Virus record (IMG/VR): IMGVR_UViG_3300037067_007801
Coordinates: 23,604-87,603 of that record
Strand: one strand, 5' to 3'
DNA length: 64,000 nucleotides
DNA from: a virus
Taxonomy: Duplodnaviria; Caudoviricetes
Within the stretch, counting starts at the first letter, position 1. Each line of letters starts with the position of its first letter. A model generated the notes under the pieces. It searched no databases. It had not been told where the DNA came from and saw only the letters and a program-made list of their open reading frames with translations. A program made the position numbers and the translations under genes. Positions 19,195 through 27,660 of the stretch are shown in pieces.

Positions 19195-19959
19195 ATGCGA
19201 TCTCTCGATTTTCTTCTGGATGTCGCCAATGGTGGCGTTCCCGGTCTCGAGCACGTCCACGTGTTTGGGCAGAACCCCGACGTGGATACCGGCACGGACC
19301 CCGAAGACGTGTGGGATGGAGAAGGCCTGTACAACTACACGGCTGCCGGTGGAGCTCCGTACTTCATCTCGTCGAGCAACAACGGTGACGTCATCGCCGT
19401 CACGTTGACGCTGCTGACTGAGGACTCCTTGGGTGCCTGGAATGAGGAGACGTTCAACGTCACGCTGGTCGGGCAGACCAAGACGGCGATCGTTACTCCG
19501 AGTGGCGACGACCCGGTGCGGTTGCAGTCCATCGTCAACGCCACGGGCACGGCACTGGCCGGCGACGTCTACGTGTACGAGGACTCCGTGGTAGCGGCTG
19601 GTGTTCCGGCTGACCCCACGAAGATCCGCGGCAAGGTGCTGATCGGAAACGAGCGCACGCTCATGGCTCTGTACACGGTTCCGTCCGGCAAGACGGCGTA
19701 CCTGTACGGGCGTGAGGTCGGTATCACCAGCGTTGCGGCAACCACGATGGACGCACGGTTCTACAAGCGGCTCGTCGGCGGGTTGTTCACGCTCGAGCAA
19801 CGGGCGTTCGTGAGCAACTCCATCCTGGCCCGCTATGAGGACAGGCCGCCCATGCCTCGGTCGTATGCTGCGAAGACAGACCTGCGAGCCACGGCGTTCG
19901 CCGTGACCGTCGACAACACCGCTGTCGTCGCCGAGTTCGACCTCCTCCTGCTCGGGTAG
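19195..19959 (+). CDS. hypothetical (probable virion) protein
   Basis: ORF with GGAGG RBS; HVFGQNPDVDTGT.PEDVW motif, beta-rich. Confidence 0.75.
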   Translation: MRSLDFLLDVANGGVPGLEHVHVFGQNPDVDTGTDPEDVWDGEGLYNYTAAGGAPYFISSSNNGDVIAVTLTLLTEDSLGAWNEETFNVTLVGQTKTAIVTPSGDDPVRLQSIVNATGTALAGDVYVYEDSVVAAGVPADPTKIRGKVLIGNERTLMALYTVPSGKTAYLYGREVGITSVAATTMDARFYKRLVGGLFTLEQRAFVSNSILARYEDRPPMPRSYAAKTDLRATAFAVTVDNTAVVAEFDLLLLG

Positions 19960-19962
19960 TGG

Positions 19963-19991
19963 TTGCACTCCCGACACGTTGCTGGTATCTT
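19963..19991 (+). promoter_or_regulatory. putative promoter for second tnpB (possibly leaderless)
   Basis: TTGCAC-17bp-TATCTT, ATG 8 nt downstream. Confidence 0.5.
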
Positions 19992-19998
19992 CAGGATA

Positions 19999-21183
19999 AT
20001 GATCCGCACATGCAAAGTGAAGTTGGGTCGAGCACAGAAGCAGGAAGAAAAACTGCAACGGGTACTTGGGCTTTGCTGCGCTCTATACAATGCGGCCTTA
20101 CAGCAGCGACGCGAGTCGTGGCAGCGTCAGAGCATTTCGCTTTCATTCTACGATCAGTGCAAAGAGTTGACGCAGTTACGGGCTGACGATGAAGATTACA
20201 AAAATCTTCCAACTCAGATGACACGGGCGACTTCGTTGCACCGTTTGGATGGGGCGTTTCAGGCGTTCTTCCGACGAGTGAAGAGTGGAGAGAAACCAGG
20301 ATTCCCGCGTTACCGTAGTCACAATCGGTTTAATACGTTGACCTTCACGGCACATGACTGGTACATCGACAGGAAGAAACTCGTCCTGAAAATTGGGAAA
20401 GAACCTATCACGTTTCAGATGCGAAACGCAATTCACAGAGAAGGTGAGATCAAGGGTCTGCGGATCGTAAAGAGTGCGGCGCGTTGGTGGGCTCACTTTC
20501 TGGTGGACATCGGTCCGACACCGATGGTGAAGGAATCACGGAACGGCGTCGGCATCGACGTCGGACTGCGAACGTTCGCAACTCTGTCGGATGGAACGCA
20601 GGTTGAACATCCACGCTTCCTGCAAAAGAGTCTTGATAAACTACGCGAGGACGGTCAGTCGGTCAGTCGAAAGAAGAAGGGTTCTCAGAACAGGGGTAAG
20701 GCAAAATTGGTGCTTGCCCGCTCGCACGAGAAGATTGCGAATCGACGCCGCAACTTCATCCATCAGACGGTAGCGACGCTGGTCAAACAGTACGACGGTT
20801 TCGCGGTAGAGAAACTCGACGTGCGTGAGATGTCGAACACGGAGAGCGAGCCGGATGGGATGACGAAGAAGGGAGCCCGCGGCTTACGACGCGGGATTAT
20901 GGATTCGGGCTGGACGATGTTCGGGACGCACCTCGCAGCCAAAGCGGAAGAAGCTGGGCTGCCGTTCGTGCGCGTGAATCCGAGAGGGACCAGTCAACGG
21001 TGTTCAGGATGCGGGAGCACGGTACGAAAGACGCTGCGTGACAGGACTCACTGCTGCGTTGCATGCGGCTTGGTGCTAGACCGTGATGAAAACGCTGCGA
21101 GGAATATCAAACAACTTGCGAACGACCTGGGATGCAGGTCGGCGACCAGAGACGTGAGAGTCAAAGGCGCGGAGGTCTCCTAA
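19999..21183 (+). CDS. tnpB: second TnpB/Cas12f-like RuvC nuclease, no clear IS ends
   Basis: IRTCKVKL...LYNAALQQR, GIDVGL, AVEKL, CSGCG/CVACG, DRDENAARNI; flanked by structural genes with only 1 nt to next ATG. Confidence 0.92.
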   Translation: MIRTCKVKLGRAQKQEEKLQRVLGLCCALYNAALQQRRESWQRQSISLSFYDQCKELTQLRADDEDYKNLPTQMTRATSLHRLDGAFQAFFRRVKSGEKPGFPRYRSHNRFNTLTFTAHDWYIDRKKLVLKIGKEPITFQMRNAIHREGEIKGLRIVKSAARWWAHFLVDIGPTPMVKESRNGVGIDVGLRTFATLSDGTQVEHPRFLQKSLDKLREDGQSVSRKKKGSQNRGKAKLVLARSHEKIANRRRNFIHQTVATLVKQYDGFAVEKLDVREMSNTESEPDGMTKKGARGLRRGIMDSGWTMFGTHLAAKAEEAGLPFVRVNPRGTSQRCSGCGSTVRKTLRDRTHCCVACGLVLDRDENAARNIKQLANDLGCRSATRDVRVKGAEVS

Positions 21184-21184
21184 A

Positions 21185-21934
21185 ATGGGATCACAACCAA
21201 AGGCACAACTCATCGAGCGCGCGAAAGCGCTCGGTCTGAAAGTCGGCGACGACTGGACGCATCGTCAAATCAGAGATGCGATCATCATTGCCGAAACCGA
21301 AGCAGAGATCGAGCGGGAGGACACGGACGAACGTCTCGGCGACTTCACCGCGTCATCCGATCCGATGATCCCTGAACCTCCAGTGTCTGATACGGCTTCG
21401 CTCCCGGTGGCGTCGGAGCCTGCCCCCATCGTGGCTCCGGCGCCGCCCTCAATTCCAGTGGACGCGCCGAAGGTCGAGACGCCGGAGCAGTTCACCAAAG
21501 AAGACATGACACTCGCGGCGCGGGCTTTCGCGAGGAAGTCTCTCGCCGATGCGTCTTCGTATGACCCGAATCGTCCTCGCATCGGAGCCGGTCGCTACCA
21601 CGTCCTGTGGACCGTGACGCTGTCAGGTAAGGCGGTGGACAATGGCATCGTGGATTTGAACGACGCCCAGGCCCGCTCGCTGGTTGCGCAGGGCGCGGTC
21701 GTTCACGTGGACGACTACGAGGCGTACCTCCGGCACAACGCCAGCACGAAGGCAGTGGCGAAGCCGCAGACGCATCCCACGAAGATCCCATCCGTTGCCG
21801 GACGCTACCGCACCATCGGTGGCGTGATGAAGAACGGCAAAGAGATCCCGCACGGGACCGTGGCCGAGTTCACCGCGACTGAAGTGGCCTCTCTTACCAA
21901 GCCCGGGATGATCGCCATCGAGTTCGCCGACTAG
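21185..21934 (+). CDS. hypothetical head-associated protein
   Basis: N-terminal HeH/Rho-N-like KAQLIERAKALGL; Pro-rich linker; two GRY repeats. Confidence 0.7.
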   Translation: MGSQPKAQLIERAKALGLKVGDDWTHRQIRDAIIIAETEAEIEREDTDERLGDFTASSDPMIPEPPVSDTASLPVASEPAPIVAPAPPSIPVDAPKVETPEQFTKEDMTLAARAFARKSLADASSYDPNRPRIGAGRYHVLWTVTLSGKAVDNGIVDLNDAQARSLVAQGAVVHVDDYEAYLRHNASTKAVAKPQTHPTKIPSVAGRYRTIGGVMKNGKEIPHGTVAEFTATEVASLTKPGMIAIEFAD

Positions 21935-21978
21935 CCCTGCGCTCGGTTCTCTGCTACTCTGACTTTCGGAGGTAGCAC

Positions 21979-22263
21979 ATGGCCAAGAAATCCATCTGCG
22001 TGAACTGCGTCAACTTTCAGAAGCAAGCTGGCATCGGAGTCGTTGGTTCGGACGGCGAGCGCCGTGACACTGGGTACTACCACTGCTGTCAGGTGGCGAT
22101 CGATACGGTGAAGAAACCGGACTACGTGCTCGGTGACTACTCCGTGGTAGAGGCCGATCTCCCGTCCGTGTTCTGCAAGGCGTGCAACGTGGCTGGCGAG
22201 TGCAAAGACTACGACGAGATCAAGGGTAAGACCCCGGTGTCGTTCGCGGAGAACGCTGGTTAA
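21979..22263 (+). CDS. Cys-rich hypothetical protein
   Basis: CVNC, HCC, CKAC..GEC; GGAGG RBS. Confidence 0.7.
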   Translation: MAKKSICVNCVNFQKQAGIGVVGSDGERRDTGYYHCCQVAIDTVKKPDYVLGDYSVVEADLPSVFCKACNVAGECKDYDEIKGKTPVSFAENAG

Positions 22264-22281
22264 GACGTAGAGAGGTGGCCC

Positions 22282-22872
22282 ATGGCAGCCCCGGATTTCC
22301 TCGTACTAGACGATCTGTACACACGAGTCGGCACGCGCAGAGTCATCGAACTTTTCGACGACGATAACGATGGCGACATCACCGGAACCTCCGAGGTCGC
22401 GGCGTATGAAGCCGTCATGTGCGAGGCCGAGTCCATCCTGTACTCTCGACTGCTGCGGTCGTACGCCGATAAGGCATCGATCGTGCTACTGGCCCAGAAC
22501 GACGCGATCCTTCGAGGGCACTGCGCATGGGTCGCCATGGAGATCGCCAGCGAGCGTCGGTCGTTTGCTGCTGGTCGAGATGGCCGTGGTGCTTTCGTCT
22601 TCCAGTACGAGCGTGCGTTGCAAGAGTTCGACCTGTTGAGCCGTGGCCGGTCCAGGTCCAAGGGTGAGGCAGTGGCCGGTGTGTCCGGGAACGTCGGTGG
22701 TGTGGTGCAACCAACCCTTGCAACCGGTGAGAGTCGGTTCACGTTTGCAGACGAGATCGGGACGGACGGAACGAAACTCAGTCACGGTGGATACGCTATC
22801 CTTCCACCCATTCTGCTACTCGGACTTGGACAGGACATCGTGGATCTGGCCATGAGGCTTTTGAATGGCTGA
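22282..22872 (+). CDS. Mu gp36-like (DUF1320) head-tail adaptor
   Basis: DLYTRVG...IELFDDD...EAESILYSRL..Y...; YERALQ; synteny. Confidence 0.75.
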   Translation: MAAPDFLVLDDLYTRVGTRRVIELFDDDNDGDITGTSEVAAYEAVMCEAESILYSRLLRSYADKASIVLLAQNDAILRGHCAWVAMEIASERRSFAAGRDGRGAFVFQYERALQEFDLLSRGRSRSKGEAVAGVSGNVGGVVQPTLATGESRFTFADEIGTDGTKLSHGGYAILPPILLLGLGQDIVDLAMRLLNG

Positions 22873-23311
22873 GATTGTCACCGTCAACGTCGACATGCGG
22901 AAGTTGCAGAAGGCGCTTCGCGACTTCGATCAACGTGCCGACGCGGTGAACGTGGAAGGCATCGTGGCTGAAACGGTGCTCACCGCCATGGACGATTTGA
23001 TGGAGTCGAACGGAAACGGTCAGTGGCCACCGTTCTCCGAGGTCACGTTGAGAATTCACCCGCGCCGTGTCGGTGGGGAGTTGCTTCGCGACACAGGCTT
23101 GCTCGCCGCGTTTCAGCCGAGTTCCGGTCCAGGGTGGGCAGAGGTTCGGAGCCCGGCACCGTACGCCGAGTACCACCAGAAGGGAACGAAGAAGACGCGC
23201 GGGCTGGTCTACAGCGATGACGGCATACCGAAGCGCGACTTCACCGGCATCGATATGAAGGCCACGCTCGACGAGGCTTGCACTGCCATCGCGGAGGCGA
23301 TCGTAAGATGA
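22865..23311 (+). CDS. Mu gpG-like virion morphogenesis protein
   Basis: GQWPP...LLRDTGLL...PYAEYHQKG...IPKRDFTG motif. Confidence 0.85.
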   Translation: MAEIVTVNVDMRKLQKALRDFDQRADAVNVEGIVAETVLTAMDDLMESNGNGQWPPFSEVTLRIHPRRVGGELLRDTGLLAAFQPSSGPGWAEVRSPAPYAEYHQKGTKKTRGLVYSDDGIPKRDFTGIDMKATLDEACTAIAEAIVR

Positions 23312-24495
23312 GTTCAATCGTCACAGCGGCTCGAGACTTGCTGGCGATCATCTCTCCCATGACCGGCACGCGGGCGACCGGCGTTGTCCATGTTCACGCG
23401 ACAGCAGCGAAGTCCGGCACGTACACGTGGGTTGCGAACGTCGTGACGGTCACTTGCGCTGCGCATGGGCACTCGGTTGACGACATCGTCACATTGGACT
23501 TCACGAGTGGTGACGGCACGCCGGATGGAAACTACACGGTCGTGACCGTACCCGGAACCGGGTCGTTCACGGTTGCGTTGACCGGTGCTGGTGCTGGCGG
23601 AAACGTCACGATAGGCCAGAACGTAAGGGTCTACGAGGGCGAGTATGCCATCCCTGTTCTCGGTAGCTCGTACCGAGATGACCTCGTCATCAAGGTTGGT
23701 GCTGGCCCGAACACTGCAACCGACGGCCGAACATATTGGCTGGTGGCAAGTGCCGGAACCGACGTGACGTTTAAGTCCAACCTTGGTGGCGTGCGGCACA
23801 ACACGATCGTGCTGCCGACAACCGGGGACACGGTCATCGCGTTCGACCCACCTCTGGACAACATCGTGTCAGCCGTTCTCAAGACGAACTTCACCGGAGG
23901 TCTGGACGCCAGTGGCCTCGGCTGGTTGCGCGATGCCTTCATGTACGAGCAGTTCGAGGGCGACCCGACAGATCTTGGCCGAAGCAACCTCAACCAGTTG
24001 CCCGGCGTGCTCATCGTGTGGAAGGGCAGCGATGCTGCGGACGGGTCCAGCGTCTCACAGGTCTCACGCATGAGGATGAGTTCAACGCAGACCATGATGA
24101 AGGAAACGTTCGACCTGATGATCTTCGTCGAGCGTGCCGAGAGCGACCACCTTCGTCGGTTGCAAGGGCTCTACCTGTCAGATCTCGCCGCTGGTTTCTT
24201 GACCGACCGCGTCATGATCGACGGCAACGTGGTCAGTTCCCCGTCCGGTGTGCAGGTGCAGCGCCGGTTTAAGCTGGGCATCCGAAATCCAGAGGGCTAC
24301 ATCAACACCTACGCCTATGGGATGACACTCTCGGTTATGCGGCCGTACGTGATGACAGACATGAGGACGTTCACGGATCTCAACACATTCGTTCTCGACA
24401 TGGTGAAGCCGTTCACCGTGGCCGAGGGTGGCGACATCCCGGTGGTCGGTGACGGACTGCCTGGGGATCCCGGCCTCAAGTTCAGCAACACGTAA
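23308..24495 (+). CDS. putative tail terminator/completion protein with beta-rich N-terminal insert
   Basis: VTVTCAAHGHSVDD...GNYTV...SFTV FCCH-like module; C-half PGVLIVWKG...YAYGMTL; synteny before sheath. Confidence 0.6.
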   Translation: MSSIVTAARDLLAIISPMTGTRATGVVHVHATAAKSGTYTWVANVVTVTCAAHGHSVDDIVTLDFTSGDGTPDGNYTVVTVPGTGSFTVALTGAGAGGNVTIGQNVRVYEGEYAIPVLGSSYRDDLVIKVGAGPNTATDGRTYWLVASAGTDVTFKSNLGGVRHNTIVLPTTGDTVIAFDPPLDNIVSAVLKTNFTGGLDASGLGWLRDAFMYEQFEGDPTDLGRSNLNQLPGVLIVWKGSDAADGSSVSQVSRMRMSSTQTMMKETFDLMIFVERAESDHLRRLQGLYLSDLAAGFLTDRVMIDGNVVSSPSGVQVQRRFKLGIRNPEGYINTYAYGMTLSVMRPYVMTDMRTFTDLNTFVLDMVKPFTVAEGGDIPVVGDGLPGDPGLKFSNT

Positions 24496-24498
24496 ACC

Positions 24499-24533
24499 AA
24501 GATTTCGACAGTCACACCGCGATGGGTTAGATT
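24499..24533 (+). promoter_or_regulatory. putative late promoter (class L, copy 3)
   Basis: AAGATTTCGACA-17bp-TAGATT upstream of tail genes. Confidence 0.7.
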
Positions 24534-24555
24534 GGCCGTGAAGGAGCACACTTCA

Positions 24556-24870
24556 ATGGCCGAAATCACGTTCCGCTACTTCCGATCGGTCGAAGGCAAG
24601 GTGGTCCCGCGCTACGGCACGGCCACCTTCATCGGCGTCAAGCGCGACAAGGTTCAGGGCTGGGTTTGGAACACCGATCTCGTGGTGCGCATTCCCGAGT
24701 CCGAGACGACGCGCTACCTGCGGGAGTACAGGCGGGCGCTGGAAGATGACTCCATGACCGAATGTGCGCGCGTGGACTACGAGGCGCAGAACACAGAAGT
24801 GCGTACCGAAGTGCGCGAGGAACCCACCGAGGTCGTACGCCGTCGCCGCCAAAAGGGCGAGGAGGATTAG
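24556..24870 (+). CDS. hypothetical tail-region protein
   Basis: ATG 24556 after AAGGAG; position equivalent to small Mu pre-sheath gene. Confidence 0.7.
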   Translation: MAEITFRYFRSVEGKVVPRYGTATFIGVKRDKVQGWVWNTDLVVRIPESETTRYLREYRRALEDDSMTECARVDYEAQNTEVRTEVREEPTEVVRRRRQKGEED

Positions 24871-24873
24871 CCA

Positions 24874-26406
24874 ATGCCCGTTACGCCAGTTGTCGCCCCG
24901 TCGGTTGTCACACCGGGTCTGTATTTGTCCGTCAACCTCCTCGCCGGTTCTCAGAGCACCGGGTCCGGAAGTCGGCGCATCGCCATCCTGGCGAGCAAGA
25001 GTGCCAGCGGGAACCTGACGCACGACACCGAGCGCCGCACGATCACCAGTTCGGACGATGCTTCCACGGCGTTCGGTCCCGGAACGTTGGGCCATCTTGC
25101 TGCGAAGATCATCTTCGCCAAGTGGCCGGCCGCTCCGGTGGACGTCGTTTCCCCGACTCCTGGTGCGACTCTGGCGACGCTGGCGGTTACCGCTGCCGGT
25201 GCTCCGACGGCCGCGAGCGTTGCGGACGTCGACATCTGCGGGCGCACGACCCAGATCACCTGGGAAGTTGGCGAGTCGCCGACCGAGTTCGCCGCCAAGA
25301 TCATCGACTGGATCCTCGGTGAGAACGACGACCTTCCGGTCACCGCCGCGGCTGGCGCTGCCGGTGTCCTGAACATCAACTCGAAGGTCACCGGGAACAT
25401 CGGCAACGACGTGATCGTGGAGTGCAAGCTCCGCTTGCAGACCGGTACGGAGACCCTGACCGGTGCGGCTACGCCGACGCATCTTGCCGGTGGCACCACG
25501 GACGGCGCTCTGACTACGGCGCTGACCGCGCTCGTCGGGCGCACGTACCGCTACATCATCCCGTGCATCAGCAACGCGGATGCTGCTGCCACTGGTGCGG
25601 CGAACGGAATCAACAAGGTGCGCACGCACATCAACCTCTACAACACCGGCCTGGACGCTCGACTCCAGCAGCAGGTTGTCGGGTTGACGACTACCGCGGC
25701 TGCGGCCATCGCCACGACACCGCACACCAACAGCGGTGGGAACGACGGCACGGGCGAGATGATTCTGTGCATCGGTGGGCGGTCCATGCCCGCGGAGTTT
25801 GCGGCTCGTGAGTGCGTCGGTCGCGCCTACGCCACATCGCTGGATCCGGCCGCCAACCGCATCGGCGAACTGATGGACATGGTCTACGGATCGCACGACA
25901 TCGTGGCCGACAAGCCGACGTCTGCCGAGGCCGAGCAGGTTATCGGCGGCGGGTGTTCGTTGGTGTCCTACAATGCGCAGGACGCCATGTTCCTGATGCG
26001 CGCCGTGACCATGCACTCGCAGACGACGACCGGTGGCGCCGACCGGCGCCTGCTCGACACGCAGAACGTGGACGCGGTCTACGACATCGCGGAAGACCTG
26101 CAATCGGCTCTGCCGCAGGAGTTCCCGAACTCCAAGATCACGGCCGACAGCGACAGCCCGACCGACCCGCTTCCTCCGCGGACGATCACGCCTCGGGACA
26201 TCAAGGCGTTCATCGTGTCGCGCATGTTCACCTGGGCGAAGCTCGGGGTCGTGGATCGAACGAAGCTCCAGACGGCGGTCGATGCCGGCGACTTCATCGT
26301 GGAGATCAACAGCACGGACGCGAGTCAGGTGGACATCGTAGTTCCGGCGTCCATTCTGCCGCCGCTCGCGAAGATGGGCGTTCAGGTCAACCGCGTGCCG
26401 GCCTAG
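24874..26406 (+). CDS. tail sheath protein (Mu gpL-like)
   Basis: TPGLYLSVN...AFGPGTLGH...NDDLPVTA...GNIGN...MRAVT...LLDTQ; 510 aa. Confidence 0.92.
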   Translation: MPVTPVVAPSVVTPGLYLSVNLLAGSQSTGSGSRRIAILASKSASGNLTHDTERRTITSSDDASTAFGPGTLGHLAAKIIFAKWPAAPVDVVSPTPGATLATLAVTAAGAPTAASVADVDICGRTTQITWEVGESPTEFAAKIIDWILGENDDLPVTAAAGAAGVLNINSKVTGNIGNDVIVECKLRLQTGTETLTGAATPTHLAGGTTDGALTTALTALVGRTYRYIIPCISNADAAATGAANGINKVRTHINLYNTGLDARLQQQVVGLTTTAAAAIATTPHTNSGGNDGTGEMILCIGGRSMPAEFAARECVGRAYATSLDPAANRIGELMDMVYGSHDIVADKPTSAEAEQVIGGGCSLVSYNAQDAMFLMRAVTMHSQTTTGGADRRLLDTQNVDAVYDIAEDLQSALPQEFPNSKITADSDSPTDPLPPRTITPRDIKAFIVSRMFTWAKLGVVDRTKLQTAVDAGDFIVEINSTDASQVDIVVPASILPPLAKMGVQVNRVPA

Positions 26407-26427
26407 ACCGGACGTTAGGAGAAACGC

Positions 26428-26802
26428 ATGTCGATACCTACTCCCGAAATCTTCCCGAAGGGGCAAGTCGCAATCGGAAACGGCCAGTGGCAGCACTGCA
26501 CCGGCTGCAAGTTCAGCTACGAGAACGGCGCGGAAGTCGTCGACACGTTCGGCGGCTCCGGGTTCACGACTGGACCGCGGAAGGGCAGCGCGTCGTTCGA
26601 GACCGCGATCGGCGTCAACGGGCAGGACCTCGACACGCTCAAGAAGATCAAGAACGGCGAGCCCGTGCAGGTCCGTTTTCACTTCCCGGCCGGGCGCACC
26701 GTCACGATGACCGGCGTGTTCGACAAGACCGACTTCGACTTCTCGATGGACAAGCCGATCACCGAGAGCCTCTCGATGAAGGGCGTCGTGGAGTTCATCT
26801 AG
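26428..26802 (+). CDS. tail tube protein
   Basis: 124 aa directly after sheath, beta-rich. Confidence 0.8.
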   Translation: MSIPTPEIFPKGQVAIGNGQWQHCTGCKFSYENGAEVVDTFGGSGFTTGPRKGSASFETAIGVNGQDLDTLKKIKNGEPVQVRFHFPAGRTVTMTGVFDKTDFDFSMDKPITESLSMKGVVEFI

Positions 26803-26805
26803 TCC

Positions 26806-27396
26806 ATGCCACTGACAGAAGACACGCATCCGCACGTGATCGAGCAACTGCTCGGCCGAGACTGGAAAGGTCTCGAGGTGCTGGAGAGCGACGGTCGGCT
26901 GCTGTTTCCCGACAAGATCTACAAGCGCACAGTCGACGGCTCGTTCATTGGACAAGACGTGTTGCTCCAAGTTCCGCGCGAGCCCGATCTTCGATGGGCG
27001 CGTCTCGAGGCACGACGAATCGCAGCGGCGAGTGACCCGCCGTTGAACCCGGAGCTCGACCGCGACCTCATCGAAAACCTCGAAGCCATGTGTCTGGTAT
27101 CTCGGTGTATGCGCGATCCCAAAGTGCCGACGCGAGAGTTCGACCCTGACCCAGAACACCTGGAAGCGGCGTGGGACAAGGGTGCACTGACTCAGATCTA
27201 TGAAAAGCTCGATCGACTCGCACAGGTCGTGGACCCACGACCGGAATCGCTCGGCGAAGATGAAATGTTCGCCGTCGTTGCTGCCATCGTCAAGGCGCGC
27301 AACATCCTCCCTTTAGCCGTATACGGGCCGGCTGCGCAGAATATCTGCGTAGTTACTATGGCCGACCGGCTTGTGACCTTACTGGCGTCGAAGTGA
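26806..27396 (+). CDS. tail assembly chaperone (gpG-equivalent)
   Basis: Between tube and tape measure; slippery C CCT TTA at 27309-27315. Confidence 0.75.
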   Translation: MPLTEDTHPHVIEQLLGRDWKGLEVLESDGRLLFPDKIYKRTVDGSFIGQDVLLQVPREPDLRWARLEARRIAAASDPPLNPELDRDLIENLEAMCLVSRCMRDPKVPTREFDPDPEHLEAAWDKGALTQIYEKLDRLAQVVDPRPESLGEDEMFAVVAAIVKARNILPLAVYGPAAQNICVVTMADRLVTLLASK

Positions 27397-27653
27397 TCAT
27401 GGGCCTCGTTCGAGGCCTCGATTCCGGAGCGATACCACTTGCGCGTCCCAGCGACCTTGCGATGGCCGCATGGGGCGGTGAGTACGAACTCATGGGCCAC
27501 GTGAAGGATCTGCTGTTCGGCGCCGACCTATCGATTCTGGAAGGCATCTGGAGTAAGATGCAGGAGCGTGGCGAGCGCACTGACGATCGGCGCGAGACAG
27601 CACGGCAGTGGCATGACGAATTGGCCAAGCTCGGGCAGCACTTGAAACCGTAG
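27309..27653 (+). CDS. -1 frameshift extension of tail chaperone (gpGT-equivalent)
   Basis: -1 frame from CCCTTTA is open (CCC TTT AGC CGT ATA ...) and continuous with ORF 27393..27653. Confidence 0.75.
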   Translation, partial: PFSRIRAGCAEYLRSYYGRPACDLTGVEVIMGLVRGLDSGAIPLARPSDLAMAAWGGEYELMGHVKDLLFGADLSILEGIWSKMQERGERTDDRRETARQWHDELAKLGQHLKP

Positions 27654-27660
27654 GTGAGAC

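Noticed and set aside
17968-27159. Long minus-strand ORFs (17968..20058, 24553..27159, also 12173..13900, 42972..44672, 312..2318)
   Set aside because: They are antisense shadows of high-GC + strand genes with clear phage homology, and they show no protein motifs.
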